Translations under genes and position numbers: made by a program
Assembly (NCBI GenBank): GCA_964276515.1
Contig: OZ193909.1
Coordinates: 2,976,001-3,040,000 of the forward strand
Source: Gordius albopunctatus
Lineage: Eukaryota
DNA: 64,000 nt
Reading direction: 5' to 3'
Notes under the pieces: generated by a model
What the model was told of the DNA's origin: nothing
Databases searched by the model: none
Seen by the model: the letters and a program-made list of their open reading frames with translations, nothing else
Shown: piece after piece, positions 38,388-53,200 of the stretch
How the letters are laid out: each line of letters opens with the position of its first letter
How positions within the stretch are numbered: the stretch's first letter is position 1

Positions 38388-41300
38388 TTAATGCTGTTGT
38401 GCGATGTCGGAAAAATATTGTAGCAATTCGTTTAGGCTAAACTCCAGCGTTATCTGACTATTGGGATAACATTTCGCGATTAAGCCTTCCAAATTTTTGT
38501 AATGCTTTATAAACTCTTCTTGGACCGACCTCCAGACAACCTATCAAAATTTTCACGATTCAACGAAAATTATCGCACCTGCAACAGGCTATTGTCTTCA
38601 CCCACGTGTTTTTCCACCAATTTATACAGAGATTCCAATTGTCGTTTAACCTGTTTTTTCCTATGATAATATCGTGTAAAAACACTTTACCTCTTTCCCT
38701 GGGTAGTCCTTTACGACTTTCTTGAGTTCGGTTTTACTGAAGGCGATTTGATAACTAATTTCGCTCTCTTTGATACCCTGAGATACCTTATTTTCGACTC
38801 CCTCAAAAAAAATCTACACAAAACGGAATATGGATAAACGCGTGAAGAAGTTTTTAAAATTACGTTTAATTTTTCCATCGGTTTTCCCAGTATGGATTCA
38901 ACGTAGGAATATATGTGCTGCTTGTACCTCACTTTAGCCTCTTTCCGCTCCATTTCAAGGTGAGCGATTTTCAGGGATGACAGGGCAGCTAAATTTATAT
39001 GATTTCAAGTTAAATTAAAACAAATTTAAATTTTAAGAACAGGAAAGAAAATTGACTTACTATACATGGAATGGTAGTTTTCTAAAATAAAAAATTGAGA
39101 TTAGTCAACGTTCACATGAAAAAATCTACATTTCTGATCCCATATAATATATGACTTTACTTATGTACCAATAAAAATCTAGTCTGAAAAGTTTACCAAT
39201 CTATTTTTGTTATTATAATACTTTTCAGAAAGCTTGCTTTTTGGCATATATCAAACAAAAATTATCGCCAGAAAGCGTCTTTTTTTTGCCGATATTAAAC
39301 TAAAACTAATCTCTAATTATGAAACCTAAAATTGGGCATAGTTAGCAATAGAATATTTTTGGTATTAGAAATTAGTGACATCTATAATTAAATTAACCAA
39401 ATGCATTGGCAACCAAGTATAAAGTTGATAACATATGATGGCGCAAAAAGGGGGTCATTTCGAGAGAAATAAACGGGGAAATCCTAAATTAATGGCATAT
39501 GTACCAAATAAAACCACGTCCCTGGGCAGCTTGGAATGCTCCACGGCTATTCTATTTATATTGTTGAAGATGGAGCGAACCAATATGGTGTACCACTTGT
39601 CCAGTTCACTTCTATGCCCCATTTCACCCCCTTGCTTGAATACGTTCTCCAAATTTTGGGCCAAAATCTAGCAGTGCATAAATTTAGTTTCTTAACGAAA
39701 AACAAAACGGTGCAAAACTGTTTACCTTAAATTCTTCTACGAAAGGCAAAAACCCACCACCATTTTTAGCCTTCTTGGATGCCTTCGTTTCGTCAATGCT
39801 TTTAATCACGGAATTCTAAATAAAAAACTCGACTATAATCCTAACGCCTGTCATATATATATGTATTTCCCGGTAGTTTGACTTTCACATTATTATCAGA
39901 GAAAGCCCGGCCCCGCTCGCTGCCCGACCGGCCCACGGGACGGCCAACTGTCGGAAATTTAGATTTTCGGGTGGGCTCTGGCCGGCACCCGGACAAGATT
40001 CGGGCATAATATGATTTTTCTTTATATTGTATTAATTGCTTCGTCTTTTATTTTGTCACCTTTTGAACTAATTGTCTAATATTTACTTATCGTAATTCTT
40101 ATCACAAATAAATTGAGAATTATAAATTTTGGAAAATATGACAAAATTACTATTAAAGATTAAAAAACATTAATTAGAGCCGGGCAGCTCTAATAATTTG
40201 GGAATTGTCGGGCGGCTACGTAAAAGGGTTCGGGCGGACACGGGCGGGCAATTTAGTTACAAAATCGGACCGGGTCGGGTTCGGGCATATAATTTAAACG
40301 AATATGACCTCTGATTTTTATACATATCAAGCAAAATTTTCTATTGCACACCTACATACAAAAATTGTCATACAATTGCTATAAACTATAAGAATCGAGT
40401 TGCATTCATATACGTGGTTAGCCTAAAGGTTATATAATAAACAACCCATACAGAACATAAATTATCTCTTTGGAACATAAAAAATGACGACAATGGGCTT
40501 AGCCAAGATATTTGGTGGATAAGGGGCGAAACAAAAGGTTACATGTTGACTTCTTAAAGAGGGCCAAATAGGTAATTCTCCAACATTTTACCCCAAAGGG
40601 GCGGGGTCTAGGCCCTAGGTCACCACTTCTACGCATTACAAAGTACTCATCAGATAAAAAATAAAATATCAAAAATTTAATAAAGCAAGATTTTTCGTAT
40701 ACCATGAATTTATCCATGTACCGTTTGCAGGTAACGGCGCTGTTTAGGAAAAGGAGACGCAAGAAGGGTGTTCCCTCTGTATTTATCTTGACCACGTTCC
40801 TGCCAGGGGATGAAGACCCCGTCGATTCTAGACTATCTCTCCGGCTACGACCCACAGGTACTTGGGAAACAGGATTGCCCATTTTGGGGTCGGTCGGGCT
40901 GATTTGGCTAGAGGCCGGGCTGGTCAAGCAAGTTGACATGAAACGGACCAAAGCTTGGATGGGGAAGCTTAAAGAGAAGTTGCAGGATAAGGGTATAACT
41001 ATGGTCGACCAAATAACAGCCGTTTTCACAACACTAATTGTGGTGGCAGTCATGGGCTTAGCCAAAATTAATGATTTGCATGAATTTAAGAATAGGCAAA
41101 ATGATAATCAAATTTTATACAATAACCTCCTAATATTAACATAAAAATGTTTGGATTTAAATGGAATTTTATATGTGTCCCCGCGTTCTCCCGGCTATGT
41201 CCATGTAGGTTAACCCCCGGAGAGGCAGAAGTTAATTTATTAATTTTGTGCCCTTTAGTTAAATTTTATCCTTCGACTTTTTATCCCAAACTAAATCTTC

Positions 41301-44300
41301 GCAATTATTTGAAAATATATCAAATATCCAAATAATATATTGGGTCCAAATGCTGTTCATTTGCGATGCAAGCAAGACTTTAACAAATCCATGGGCTATT
41401 GGCGAGACAATAATTGGAGCACAAATTTATATTCGTTCAAAACTTACATTTTATTACACCTCGACAATTTAGAGTTAATTTATAAATTTTAAACACACTA
41501 TTTAAGTTAATATCATAAAAAGTGATGTAAAATTCTTATTTTATTTTTAAATCTACAGACTTATAATGGTGAGGCACAAAAGGTTTTTGATGTATCGAAA
41601 AAAATTAAATCACGTTAAAACCAATATTCATAGAGGGGGGCAGGGGGGGGGGATTTTGCCTCTCCCTAAATCATTATTGCCCCCGCCCTCTAATTCCAAT
41701 GCTGGCTACCCTCATGCCGATATTAAACACATTTATAAAATGCACGTTTAAAAGGATGTCTTATAAATAAATGGTGCTAACTATTTATTGATGCGATCGG
41801 CCATTTGCAGGAAATTGTCCAGCTCCAGAGGAAGCGATGGAAACATGAGGACCAACATTGCCCTTAAATATAAAATAAAAATATGTGTTTAAAAAATTTG
41901 AATTCTAATATTCAAAGCACCAATTTACCATCAGATCGAATCATTGAACCACGCATTACAGGTCATACTGTATTACCGATAAATTCAAATTAAGTAATTA
42001 TTATCAGGCCTTCTTCTATATTGAGCCTAGTGTTGTAAAAAGTGGCAGGGTCTCATTTGGTCAAACTTTAGTTTTAGTAAATTAAACAAAAACAAACCAA
42101 AGATTGGTTGGTCTGTTTTTCACATTCGACCCCTAGGCTTGGTCGAAATTTGAAAACCAGACCAGAGCGGACAGACCTGTCATCCATATCGGGGCTGTAG
42201 ACGACGGGCTTGGGCTTGGGCTGGGCCTGAAAGGATGCTCCCTTTTGTGGCGAAATAGAAGTGACTGACTGGCGCGAGGCTAGATCAGACAGGTCTTCGT
42301 AGAGGGGATATGGTTGTAGTGGAATTTGTGATTGGCATTCGATCGAAGGACTTTTTACTAGGTAGAAAAATTCCGTGCAAAAATCTTGTTCCTCCTTTAC
42401 CATTACGGCCACGCTGGTAATAATTCGTTCCAACACCTATATGGTACATCGAAACACGAGTGATATGACATTTCGTGGGGTTTATCAAAAAGACTCTTTC
42501 TATAAACAATTTACAAAAAAAATTTTAAAAAAAATTGTTAAATAAATTAGGAGGCTATTTGGGCATCGAGTAAAACCTACGATTTTACAAATCTAATATC
42601 AAGCTAATTTGAACAAAAATTTATTATGCATTTTATTAGAGGTCGATACTGGAGTCAATATTATGTAGAATTGATGTAAACTACGAAAGCTATAATTGTC
42701 ACACCCAAATGCTTGGGGGGGGGGGCTAAGGTTTGCTCAAAATTTAGGTGCTGGCCAAAAACTTTTGTGTAAAATGATTAGCATTCTATAAGCCGTATGG
42801 AGTGCCTTTTTACGACGATATTTACAAATAGGTCATCATTGTACAAGGTTTAAATTACGTTTATTCTGCAAAAAAACATAAATTTATTACAAATGTAAAA
42901 GGTAAAAATTAATTATAACTCAATTAATCTTGTTACAATTGAGTCAAGTATAATGGCGAAAAAAACTTAAATGATTATTCTTATTGAAAGTATGTCCCAA
43001 TAATTAAGCCGTTCAAACCTTTAAACCAAACTTACACCTGGGTTATTAATAATTGACCGAACCAAGAAAGCAAATTATATCTGCTTTAGAAAAAACCCCG
43101 AATAAAATTTTTTATTGCAATCGTTTATAAGCTATTAACCGCTTGAAAATCCACGCTCTCCCCACTATAAAGCAGAGCCCCGGATCCAGTTGAATTGGAT
43201 GTTGTGGGGGAGCCTGATGCTTTATTCCCAATTTCTTCGAACCAATCTCTCTTACGTTCGGACAAGGGTGACGTAAAATTCGTTGTGGTCGATCTAAAGC
43301 TACCCGTGGCTGGCATGGCCGGCGCAACAACAGCTGATCTAGGAGCAGCCTGCTGGCCCATGGGTAGCGGTCCGCCGAGATTTGAGATTGCCACCTTGGC
43401 CCGCTCCAGAAAATCGTGCAAGCTTTTCTCGTAAATTCTCGCAAACGTAACTCCGTAGGCCTGCGTCGTTGCGTAAAGCAAAAAATTATTCAAACTCTAA
43501 ATCCAAAAATTATTTAAATTTTAATATATTTATGTCTAAATTTACTGAAAATCATCATTTCGCCCGCCCCCCCCCCAAATCATTATTGCCCCTCCCCTCT
43601 ATATCCAATCCTGGATACGCCCATCTTTAAACTCGTTTAATATTTGATGAATTTTAATTAAAAATTATCGAAAAGAAAACTTTTTGATCGTGGGTAACCA
43701 CTTAATAATAATAGTTGTTCCGCCAAGGGCTTTTGGTACGTAAAGATTTAAACACTAAATGATAATAAAATTTTTATTTCTCATTATCCAAGCGAATTAA
43801 TATATGGATGGACGATTACACGCATTTGTCGAATTAAAACTACAGCAAAATTTATGAATCTTTACATGGGCGTACCAGGCAGGGGGGGCAGCTTCCCCCC
43901 TCTAAATCCCAAAAATTTGCTGAAATTTATTAAAATTATGGCTAAAATTTCAAGAATGCTTATTTCGCCCCCTCCTCAATGCTGGCTACGTAGCCTACGC
44001 CCATAAATCTTCCTAAAATGAATCTGATTCTTGTTGCCCAACCTTAAGTAAATCCACGTAAGTGTCGGGAGAAGCTCCCTTGAGCCATTTAACGAGTTCT
44101 CTGCAGGGGAGCAAAACTTCTTTGCGATATTTGGAGCTGGGGCAACTTAAGACCAAGGGTTGTCTGTCCAGACCGACCGAGCCAGTTTTGTGATGTTGAC
44201 GCACGTAATCTTTGAGGCCCGTTATACCCCATTCCCCGCTCCCGTAAGGTAAACCAACGTTGCCACCAGATGGTGATCTTGGTAGCGTGCCCGATTGAGA

Positions 44301-47300
44301 AGTGGCCAAATTTTCGTTGCCCCGATTGGCCTATGACCGTTTAGTTATTATTATATCTTTCATCTGCATCGCCGACATGGATCGAATATTAATGAGATGG
44401 GCAAAAGAGCCATGTTGTAAATGTATTAATTTTATTATTAAAAGAATATCTCTATTCTTATGAGACATCCACTATTACAACTTAGAATCTAGTGGTGTCA
44501 ATGTTTCAAGCAATAGTCGAAGTCGACTAAGCATGAACAGTTAGTCGACTTCGATGCTACAGGCAAAACCGTTTGATTTCAAAGCCTTGGGCCTCAGAAA
44601 AAATTCGCGATTAAACGATGGAAAAAGAGAAAATATTAAATATAAAAAGACATATAGTAAATATTCATTTCTTACGCTTCGCAATAAAACGATATTTTAT
44701 ATAATTGTATGGTTGATTTAAGGAGTCGAAAATGTTTGTGAATATCCGACGATATTGTACTATTAAGCGATTTGTCAATAAACGATGTTTTTGTTAATAT
44801 TATCGTTTGAAAAAACAAAATGGCGGTTAACTTCGCGATTAAACGATTTCGCGATAATCCGATTTGCGATTAAGAAGTTTCGACTGTAGTCGAAATTTTA
44901 AAAACAGATCAGAGTGGACCGTTAGTCTTAGTTGAACGGAAGGTCGAGTAAATAAAATTCCGCCGCTTTTACAACACTAATAGAATCCAATGGCCATCTC
45001 AACGTTATATACAAATTAGAAATACGAGCGAAAAATAAACTCATGGACGACAAATTCTAGGTTAGTGCCATGAGAAATGTTGTTGTATTTTATAATTTTG
45101 TCACCCGAGACTTTCAAACACCATTCGTTCTCATAAAATTAACAAACAAAACAACTCCATCTGCTAATCAAATCAAAAAATAATTAAATTTACAAAGAAC
45201 TTTTACCCTCGAATTTTCACGTGCATTCAGATAAAAATTATAATAATTTAGGTGAAATGCTTTAAACTCACAACTTTGCTAAATAATCCTACGAGGTGTT
45301 GGAGCAATCGTTTGGAGAAGGTGTTTTTCAGCGCTTCAAACTCGTTAAACTTCTCCTGGACCGCGGCCATTTTTTTGAGAGCTAATTCAACGATAAAACC
45401 AAAACGAATTTTATATTTAAAAAATTAGGATAAAATTTATTTTGCAAATTTGTAATTACCGACATTAGATTGTGATGCGTCCATGACTTTCTGCAATTCG
45501 AAAGCGGCCCTAATGCAATCTTTTAACCGGGCGGTGTCGTTAAAATCGACGTCTGTCAACGTTTTTTTGTAATGTGACGGGTATTCCAAATTTTCCTAGA
45601 GCGTCAAAAAGCAAAAGGGTAAAATTTTACAAGAGCCGAATTAATGGTAAAATTAAGCCTTTATTAAATAATTCATAATTGGCTTAGACAAGAGCACTAA
45701 ATTAAAGCACAACGCTAAAGGGTCCGGTCTGGCTAAAGCAGCCAGACCCAAAGTGACCTGGCTCCCGATAGACGCGACACTTAGTATCTTTTAGTCATTC
45801 GGTAAAAAAAAGTCCTGTGTTGTGCTGTCCAAATATAAAACTAGAATTTTGGCTAAAAAAATGATAATCCCAATTCCATTTATTTCGTAAAAAAACTAGT
45901 GTTGTAAGAACGACTAGGTGTTTGGGCGACGTTTGGTTTAACTGTCTTTTTTCAAACACCGACCAAGAAAAAGAGAGCAAAAAAAATTGGGTCCGTTTAT
46001 GTTTAATCGACCAAGCGGAACCGAGCCGTTCTTACAACACGGCGCGCGACGATAAACTTACTAGGAGAGAGGTGAGTTCTTGTTGCAAGGCGAGCTTATT
46101 TTTGTCGATAACGTGCAGGCTAGTATCCTTTTCATCCATCATCTCCATGTGTCCTCGCATACTGGATACACAAGTGTCCCAATCGCTGAGTTTGGCCTCT
46201 AGACCGGACACTTCGCTCAGAGCCGCATCTATGAGTCCCATCAACTTTCCCATACTATCTTCCGATCCCACCAGGGAATATATATTAGCCTAAATAAAAA
46301 TATAATGATTCACAAGTAAGGAAGGAGGAACTAACAAAAATTGCAGACACTTTACGTTGGAAAGGTTGGATTCATGGGCCTAGCCGGGAGGCAGAGAGGT
46401 AGGCTGCCCCCTTCTAAATCCAGAAATTGGTTTAAATTATTAAAATTATGGCTAAAATTAAAAAAAAAACTTTCATTTTAATCCTCGCTAAATCATTATA
46501 ATTCGAATGCTGGCTACGCCCATAGGTGCTGCATGTGGTGGTACAGCTATTTACCAAGATGTGAATTATCTTGGAAACTTGTAACATTCCGACAAAATGA
46601 CAAATTTGTGGGAGCTCTTTTTGATTCATTAACTAGCAAGGAGCCTTTTTCAAAAATGTCGGCGGAGGAGAAGGCTCAAAAATAAAAGTGTCCACTTTTT
46701 CCGCCATTTTGAAATGTGCACAAAATAAGGGAAGGGTATATAGTGATTTTGGTTAGGGGTGTTTTTAAAACTTAAACAACAACAAAAAATATGGAAGAGT
46801 AGTTAGCATTTTAAAATATATATATATCATTTAGGAATTTAATAAAAATACAAAAAACAAAAATGCTGGGATGATGTGATGTTAAGGCAATATAGCGCCA
46901 CCCGCATTTTATTGAATAATAATCATTTATTGGCATTCTTTTTCATTTGACAACTAACGAGGAAGGGGCAAATTCCCTATTTCCGTTTTGACAATGGGGG
47001 TAAACCGGACAAAGGCATGATGGGATAGTTAAATTCAAAATTGTGGATTTAATGGTACACATATGAAATATATGACATGAGCAGCAGTCTAAATAGTCTA
47101 TGGCTGCTCCCCCACTTATTTCATCTACCCTAAACGACACTAAATTAGCATTCTCACAACTAGTTTCGTAAGAACGGCCGGGGTTTTTGTTTGGTCGATC
47201 TTTGGTTTAACTAAGGGCTTGTGTCTTGATATCGGATTTTGGTGCGCAGCCAAAATCGTTGTACGGGTGGTTATAACATAGCCCCGTGCCTAAACTTCGA

Positions 47301-50283
47301 ATTCACAGCGGCAGATTTTCATTTCAGACGCACCATAATATAACAGCGATTAATCTCAAGAGTTGAAAGAAATAAAAAAACGAATTTAACTATCAAAAAA
47401 CAAAATATTAATAAAATTAAAACCGAGTCTGACACAATCGAATATTTGATAAAGATGAATTCGCGCCATTTGAATCTGAATCCGATATTAAGACAAGCCC
47501 TAAGACTAAGGGTCTACTCTGGTTCGTTTTTCAAATTTCGACTCAGACTAGAGGTCGGTGGACTAATAAAAGAGACCAAAAACATTGGTATGAATCGGTT
47601 TATTCGGCACCCGGTCAAAGTAGCAGAAAAATAGCAGCCAAATTGGTCAGAATTCATCAAGATTCGTCAGGACTTTCATAGAATTTAAGTTTTAACCTGT
47701 AATCATGCAGTACTTTAGGGTTCGGGTTCGGGTTTATTGTTTCGACTTTTTCTGCTACTTTTTCATCATTCTGCTACTTTGACGGGTATTCGGTTTATTC
47801 GACTAAACTCAAAGGTCAACCAAACAAAACCCAGCTGCTTTTACAACACTACTTAAAGCCATTATTCAGTATTCCGGACTTGGAAATATAATATTAAGGC
47901 ACGCACCCCATCTAAGATGTTTAATTCCTTTGCCAATTTTTCCGAAAAAGCCTCCACGTTGCTAAGCATATTTTGGCCGGCCTCGTGTTCGGCCATTAGC
48001 CGTTGCAGGTCCGATTCTTCTTTGGCCGATACCAATTGGTAAGGCGAAGTTTGGGCCCCAAAACCAGCTCCTTGCAGGCCGCCCGCACCATGCTCTGGCA
48101 CAGAAGAAATTCCGTTTTGCGTTGCTTTCGAGGACGAGGTTGAGATAGCATGCCGTCCAGTGGTTAGGAAAAGATCTTTGGAACCTTGGATTTCTGTCGT
48201 ACAATACAGGAGACAATTGCATTTTTTTATAACGTAAATCAGAGATCAAAAACGGCCCAGCCCGGCCAGGTCCGCTGCCCGAACTTACCCGTTCGGCTGT
48301 CGTCAGGCATGCCCCGGCCTGCTCTATAACAAGATTCGGGCAATTTGGGTTTAATGAAATTCTTTTATATATAGTGTATTATGTTGCTTTCCTGTAATAC
48401 CATGTCATTTTTTTATTGGAAAAATCGGTATTTATCGTATTCCCATCCAACAACACGAAAATTAAACAAAAAATTTCTGAAAAATAAAACAAAATTAAAA
48501 CTAAAAATTTTAAAAAATTATCATATCGTGACCAGTAATTCGGGCAGCTATATAATGATTCGGGCATATTCGGGCGGACTAATAGGGTTCGGACCAGCCC
48601 CGGCGGGCAATTTAATAAATCGAACCGGGCCGAGTTTGTCCACAAAAATTTAAACAAATCTAGTCTCTGATTCAAATTGTATAGCAATTAATAGTATGTG
48701 GTCTTAGTCTAATATTAGTCTGAGTTTTCATTAATTAGTAAGTCACGTCCAGGTTAGGGTCTAGATAAAACTTTCCCATGAATCATGTCTAATATTTTTT
48801 TAATTATAATAAAATTTCGATGGGGGGGGGGGGGGCTGTCGACCCTCCTTTCCTTTCTATGGCTATGTTAAAGGAAATTACCGTCTTCTAGGTGTGCAGG
48901 CATATTGATAAATTCTGGAATCATATCCAACGGGCCTAGATGGCGCTTACAAATTTTGTAGAGAGTGTTTAGGAATAGATCTTTTTCCCTTGTATTCCCA
49001 GATTCCCAGAGATAGGCTTTTTCAAAGTATATATCGAATTGGAGAGAATCCTGATTTAAATAAAGGGAATTCGCTTCATATCCTAACTTAAAAACATCAT
49101 TCTAACAAATTGATTTATTGAAAGTTTTTTATTGCAAATTTTTCAACAAAACATATATTTTAAAAATCTGTTAAAATGCTTAACAACTAAAATGTGTAAA
49201 ATTTTAATATATAATACATAAGATGATAAGTAATAACACATAAAAAATTTCTAGTTTAATTAATAGAATTTTACTGGATTGTCAGTGTGTCCATCTACTT
49301 TCTTCAAGCTTGTGAGAGGCCAGCAAGCTATTTTCTTGAATGTTTCATTTTTATCTTGCTTCTTGATTTTGTATATAAATATCTCATTTCCTTCATTGTT
49401 TGCTATTAATATTAACAAAAGAAGTTATATTAAAGTTGATTATTTTTACATATTAGCAATAATCCTAAGACCTAGCTTAAAGTTGACAATTTAATTAAGT
49501 ATGCCAAATATAAAAAATAAATATTTTTCAAATCATTAGTGATGATTTTCATTTGTTAAAGCTCATACCAATTACTTTATTTTAAAAAATTGGCTAATTT
49601 ATTAAAGGTATATACTAAGCAAGAAGAAAAATGATATAAAACAAAAAGTACTGGACTTGGAGATATTGAAAAAAGAGGGAAAAAATGACCTTGTGATGTG
49701 GAAAAGGCAAGTAGACAAATTTAAGAAAATTAAAAAGATAATAAGTCAGAACATGACCCTTGCCTGATCAAGATTAAAAAAACCATCAATGTGGGACCAA
49801 ATATTTGATAAAGAATTTAATATATTTAAATGAAAAAAATATAAAGGCTTTACATATTATAATTACTATCTAATTAGCATTTGCTCAATATGCAAATTAG
49901 CAAAAATAATCAAACTTAATATAATAGCAAAAACTTATTTGTACACCTTAAAAAACTTAGTAAATTAAGAGTCCTGCAAGTCTCTACATTGGTTTGCGAG
50001 CAAATTTAAAAAATTTAAGAAGAAAAGTGCCTAAGACCAAACTTAAATTTTAAACTAAATTATCTATAAGTTGATTGTGTTATTGATAAACATTATATAA
50101 TTTCTGCTTACTTTTTTTAAGAAAAAGTTTTTATACATAATTTATAAAAAAAACCAATATACCTGTGATGCACAATAACGCATGCTTTTTACGCTTACTG
50201 GCGCGAACAACAGGTATAGTATGTAGTAGTCGTTCTTTCTGGGCGGAAAATATTTCTGTTTGCAACGTTTTTCTGATTGACAT
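38388..50283 (-). CDS. EXOC1: Exocyst complex component 1 (Sec3), 19 coding exons, about 1040 aa
   Basis: Hand-spliced exons in transcript order: 50283-50163, 49402-49275, 49050-48882, 48175-47907, 46289-46062, 45595-45460, 45381-45272, 44330-44043, 43460-43140, 42436-42177, 41862-41782, 40967-40703, 39815-39726, 39667-39505, 39081-39061, 38988-38864, 38813-38691, 38650-38579, 38540-38388. All introns are GT-AG with matching phases; total 3123 nt. Peptides resemble EXOC1 as I recall it: N-terminal [79 protein letters not shown], and C-terminal [29 protein letters not shown]...FSDIAQQH*. The donors of exons 9-11 are the least certain boundaries. Confidence 0.93.
45897..46040. mobile_element. 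Short MITE of the TAGTGTTGTAA family in an EXOC1 intron; relatives at about 42028-42176, 44489-44979 and 47160-47851
   Basis: TIR GTGTTGTAAGAACG / CGTTCTTACAACAC. Confidence 0.7.
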
Positions 50284-53200
50284 TATTACCTTCTTTTTTT
50301 AAACATATGTAAACCATATGTTATTAACACAATTGGTTACATTTATTCTTAGGCTCCTAAAAAACAAAGATGACGACTTAAAAACCCTCCTTTTGTATTG
50401 GAATAATAAAATTTCAGTATTTGGACAAATTCTATTAAGCAAATATATATCAATAGATTTTTTTATTAATAAAAATTACACAACTCTATCTTAAACCGTT
50501 CGAATCTCTTATGTTTTCGGTTTTTACATTTGCAATAGCTCCCTCCTTGCCATTAAAGCCTGCTGCTCGATTCCAATTCTGCAAACGACGCAAAAAAAGT
50601 GCGACTAGTAAGAAATGCGTTAGACGAGTTGTGTTTACTAAATTTTTTTCGCTAAATGTTGTAATACGGAGTTTAATATTAAAGTTTAATTTAACTAGTG
50701 CTGATTTTGACTTATCAAAGTTTACTGATATATTTTAATCTTTAATCAAATTTTAATATATATATTATTTTTTGATTAAACAATTCTTAATACTTTTTGT
50801 ATCAACGAAATAATCATTGGAAAAATTCAAATTGCAATTTATTTAAAAAAAAGAATTGGGAAAAATTTCACTTTAATGGGTACTTATTGCTATAAAGCAA
50901 TAGTTTAAAAATTTCATTAAATAATAACTTATTTATATATGCTTTGGATCATAGCTCTAATTTGTTTGATTATATTAAATTTCTATTTATGCTAAATGGT
51001 TTAATTTATAAAGGCATTAACAATTGTTGAGAGCTTATATATATATATATTGAACGTAAATATTCATTACAATAAATACTATTTTAATATTAAAAAAATA
51101 TATAAAGACAATATTTATTATTATTAATGATATAGTGAAATTTTGGGAAGAAATGTTTTGAGCTATATGAGCCCATTATCAAAGACACAACAAAAAAGTG
51201 TAGAACAAGTCGTGTAAGATAAAGAATAAAAATGTGTAGTATGGAGCCAAAAGTTTATTTAAAAATAATGGTCGTGTCCCTTAATGACAGACTATATTAT
51301 ATAGGAGAATTAACGTATGAAGAAACAAGTTTTTAGAATATAGTTCGATGTGAATATGGAAAAATGCATTATACCCTTAGATCTTTCTTGTTTGGATGCC
51401 TTTAACTGAATAAATTTAATAAAAATAATTTACATGACATATATGCCAGCTTTTGCATAAAATAATTTCTTATCACACTTCAGCGATTAAGTAGACGTAT
51501 TAGGAAAGTTTAGATTATAAATAATTGACAATATTAGCTAATTTGAATTATTTTCGTTTTTTTCTTTTTAACTTATGCACGCAGTGTTTTGCCCTAATGT
51601 ATGATAGATTTATGACAATTTTTAAACTCTCTTGTCTCGCGAAAATTGAAAAAATTAACCTTAGATCCAAACAAAAATTCTGTTCTTTTTACGAGACGGA
51701 TGAAATTTTAACAGCAACTTGGAGCTAAAGTGTTTTTATCAATTTTTGCATTTAACCTCTAAAACAAGTTTGTCGAGATATCTTTTAATAAACCAGAAAT
51801 TTAATCAAAGAACAAATTGAATTTTTTACAATTATATAAATAGTTTTCATAAAAATATAAAATATACTTACGTTGACTAAATTAATTGTATATAAAAACA
51901 TAATAGGCTAGTAAAAAAATCATATAAATAAAACTAAAGGTGATTTTTGAAAAATGATTATATCAATGAAAATTTTGTGAAAAGTTAGCCATTAGCATGA
52001 CGCATTAACGCTTATGTAAAATGTACACAAACCTTCTAATATCAAATTACATTTTGACTCCAATATTTTAAATTTTAATTCTGGCGCATAATGTACCTGA
52101 AAATATTTTAAAATGAGACAAAGGTGTTGTGTCTAGTCAACGACTTTAGTCAACGACACGTATCAGCACAGAGGCGGGTGTGGAGAATAAAGTAAAAACA
52201 AATAATATGACCGAAGGATATAGAAATATGAAGTGATTAAAAAAGAGAAAGGTGAGGGAAGACAACACACACATTTTGAATATATATTGATGGATTCGAT
52301 TATTGTCCTTGTCTCGTAAAATACTGGAATATATATAATAAACCCTGAACCGAACAAAAGGTTAAAAATTAAGTTTTTACCAGTCTATTTTAATTTGACA
52401 GCATTCGTTATCCGAACCACTAGTCAAATAGTTTCGTAATTTAAATGGAAAAGTAAACATTTATACAAACAAGATGTACATGCGAAAACTAAAAAGGTCG
52501 AACCTGCTAAAAAAGACTTTATATCTCAAAAACATGGATCTAAAATGACACTCTGAAACTTCATTTATATTAAAATTTTTATTTTATAACTCATCATTAC
52601 CTATATTTTTGGCCCTCTCTGCTTATAATTTAAAGTATCATAGTTAAAACACATTTAAGGGCATTCTATGTCAAATTCTAACTTCGCCGTCCTTTTCAGA
52701 TCTTAATAAAATTTGGTGAAAATGTAGAAACTAACTCATTTGAGGCATTACTTTAAGAGTTGTGGGGGCTCAAAGGTCAGAGCACCGATATAACAATTTA
52801 AATAGAAATGGAAGTTAAGCGACCATCCGGAAATGGTCAAAAAAGCAAAAATATGTAATTCTATTACTTTTGGCATCAAAATGATCAAACAAAAAATCTA
52901 TCTGCTAATTAGGAATTCCTGTATCAATAAAATAATTTTGCTATGAATCAGGACTAATATCACAATCCTTCCCCCCCCCCCCATTCTCAATCAAAAAAGC
53001 GAGTCAGTTTTTTGAGCAATATTGTTAAAAATTTTAAAAAGTCATTGAGTGTATTTATTTTATTGGAAGTATTTGACTGTGCTTTTTGTTTGTCACATTA
53101 ATTATCAGAATGTTGCAATTTATTAAATGTAGACAATGCATTATTAACATAGTGATAAAATAAAAACATTTTTTAATTTTGAAAATGAGATTGTGATAAT

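Noticed and set aside
40704..41144. 146-aa + strand ORF, plus similar ORFs at 39435, 43195, 45922 and 49279
   Set aside because: These are antisense shadows of EXOC1 exons.
50490..50740. ORF 50511-50738 and a possible minus-strand exon upstream of EXOC1
   Set aside because: No recognisable protein; more simply explained as EXOC1 promoter or 5' UTR sequence.
51707..51760. Minus-strand frame ending ...APSCC*, like a Rab C-terminus
   Set aside because: It is only about 16 codons and no upstream GTPase-motif exons were found in the window.
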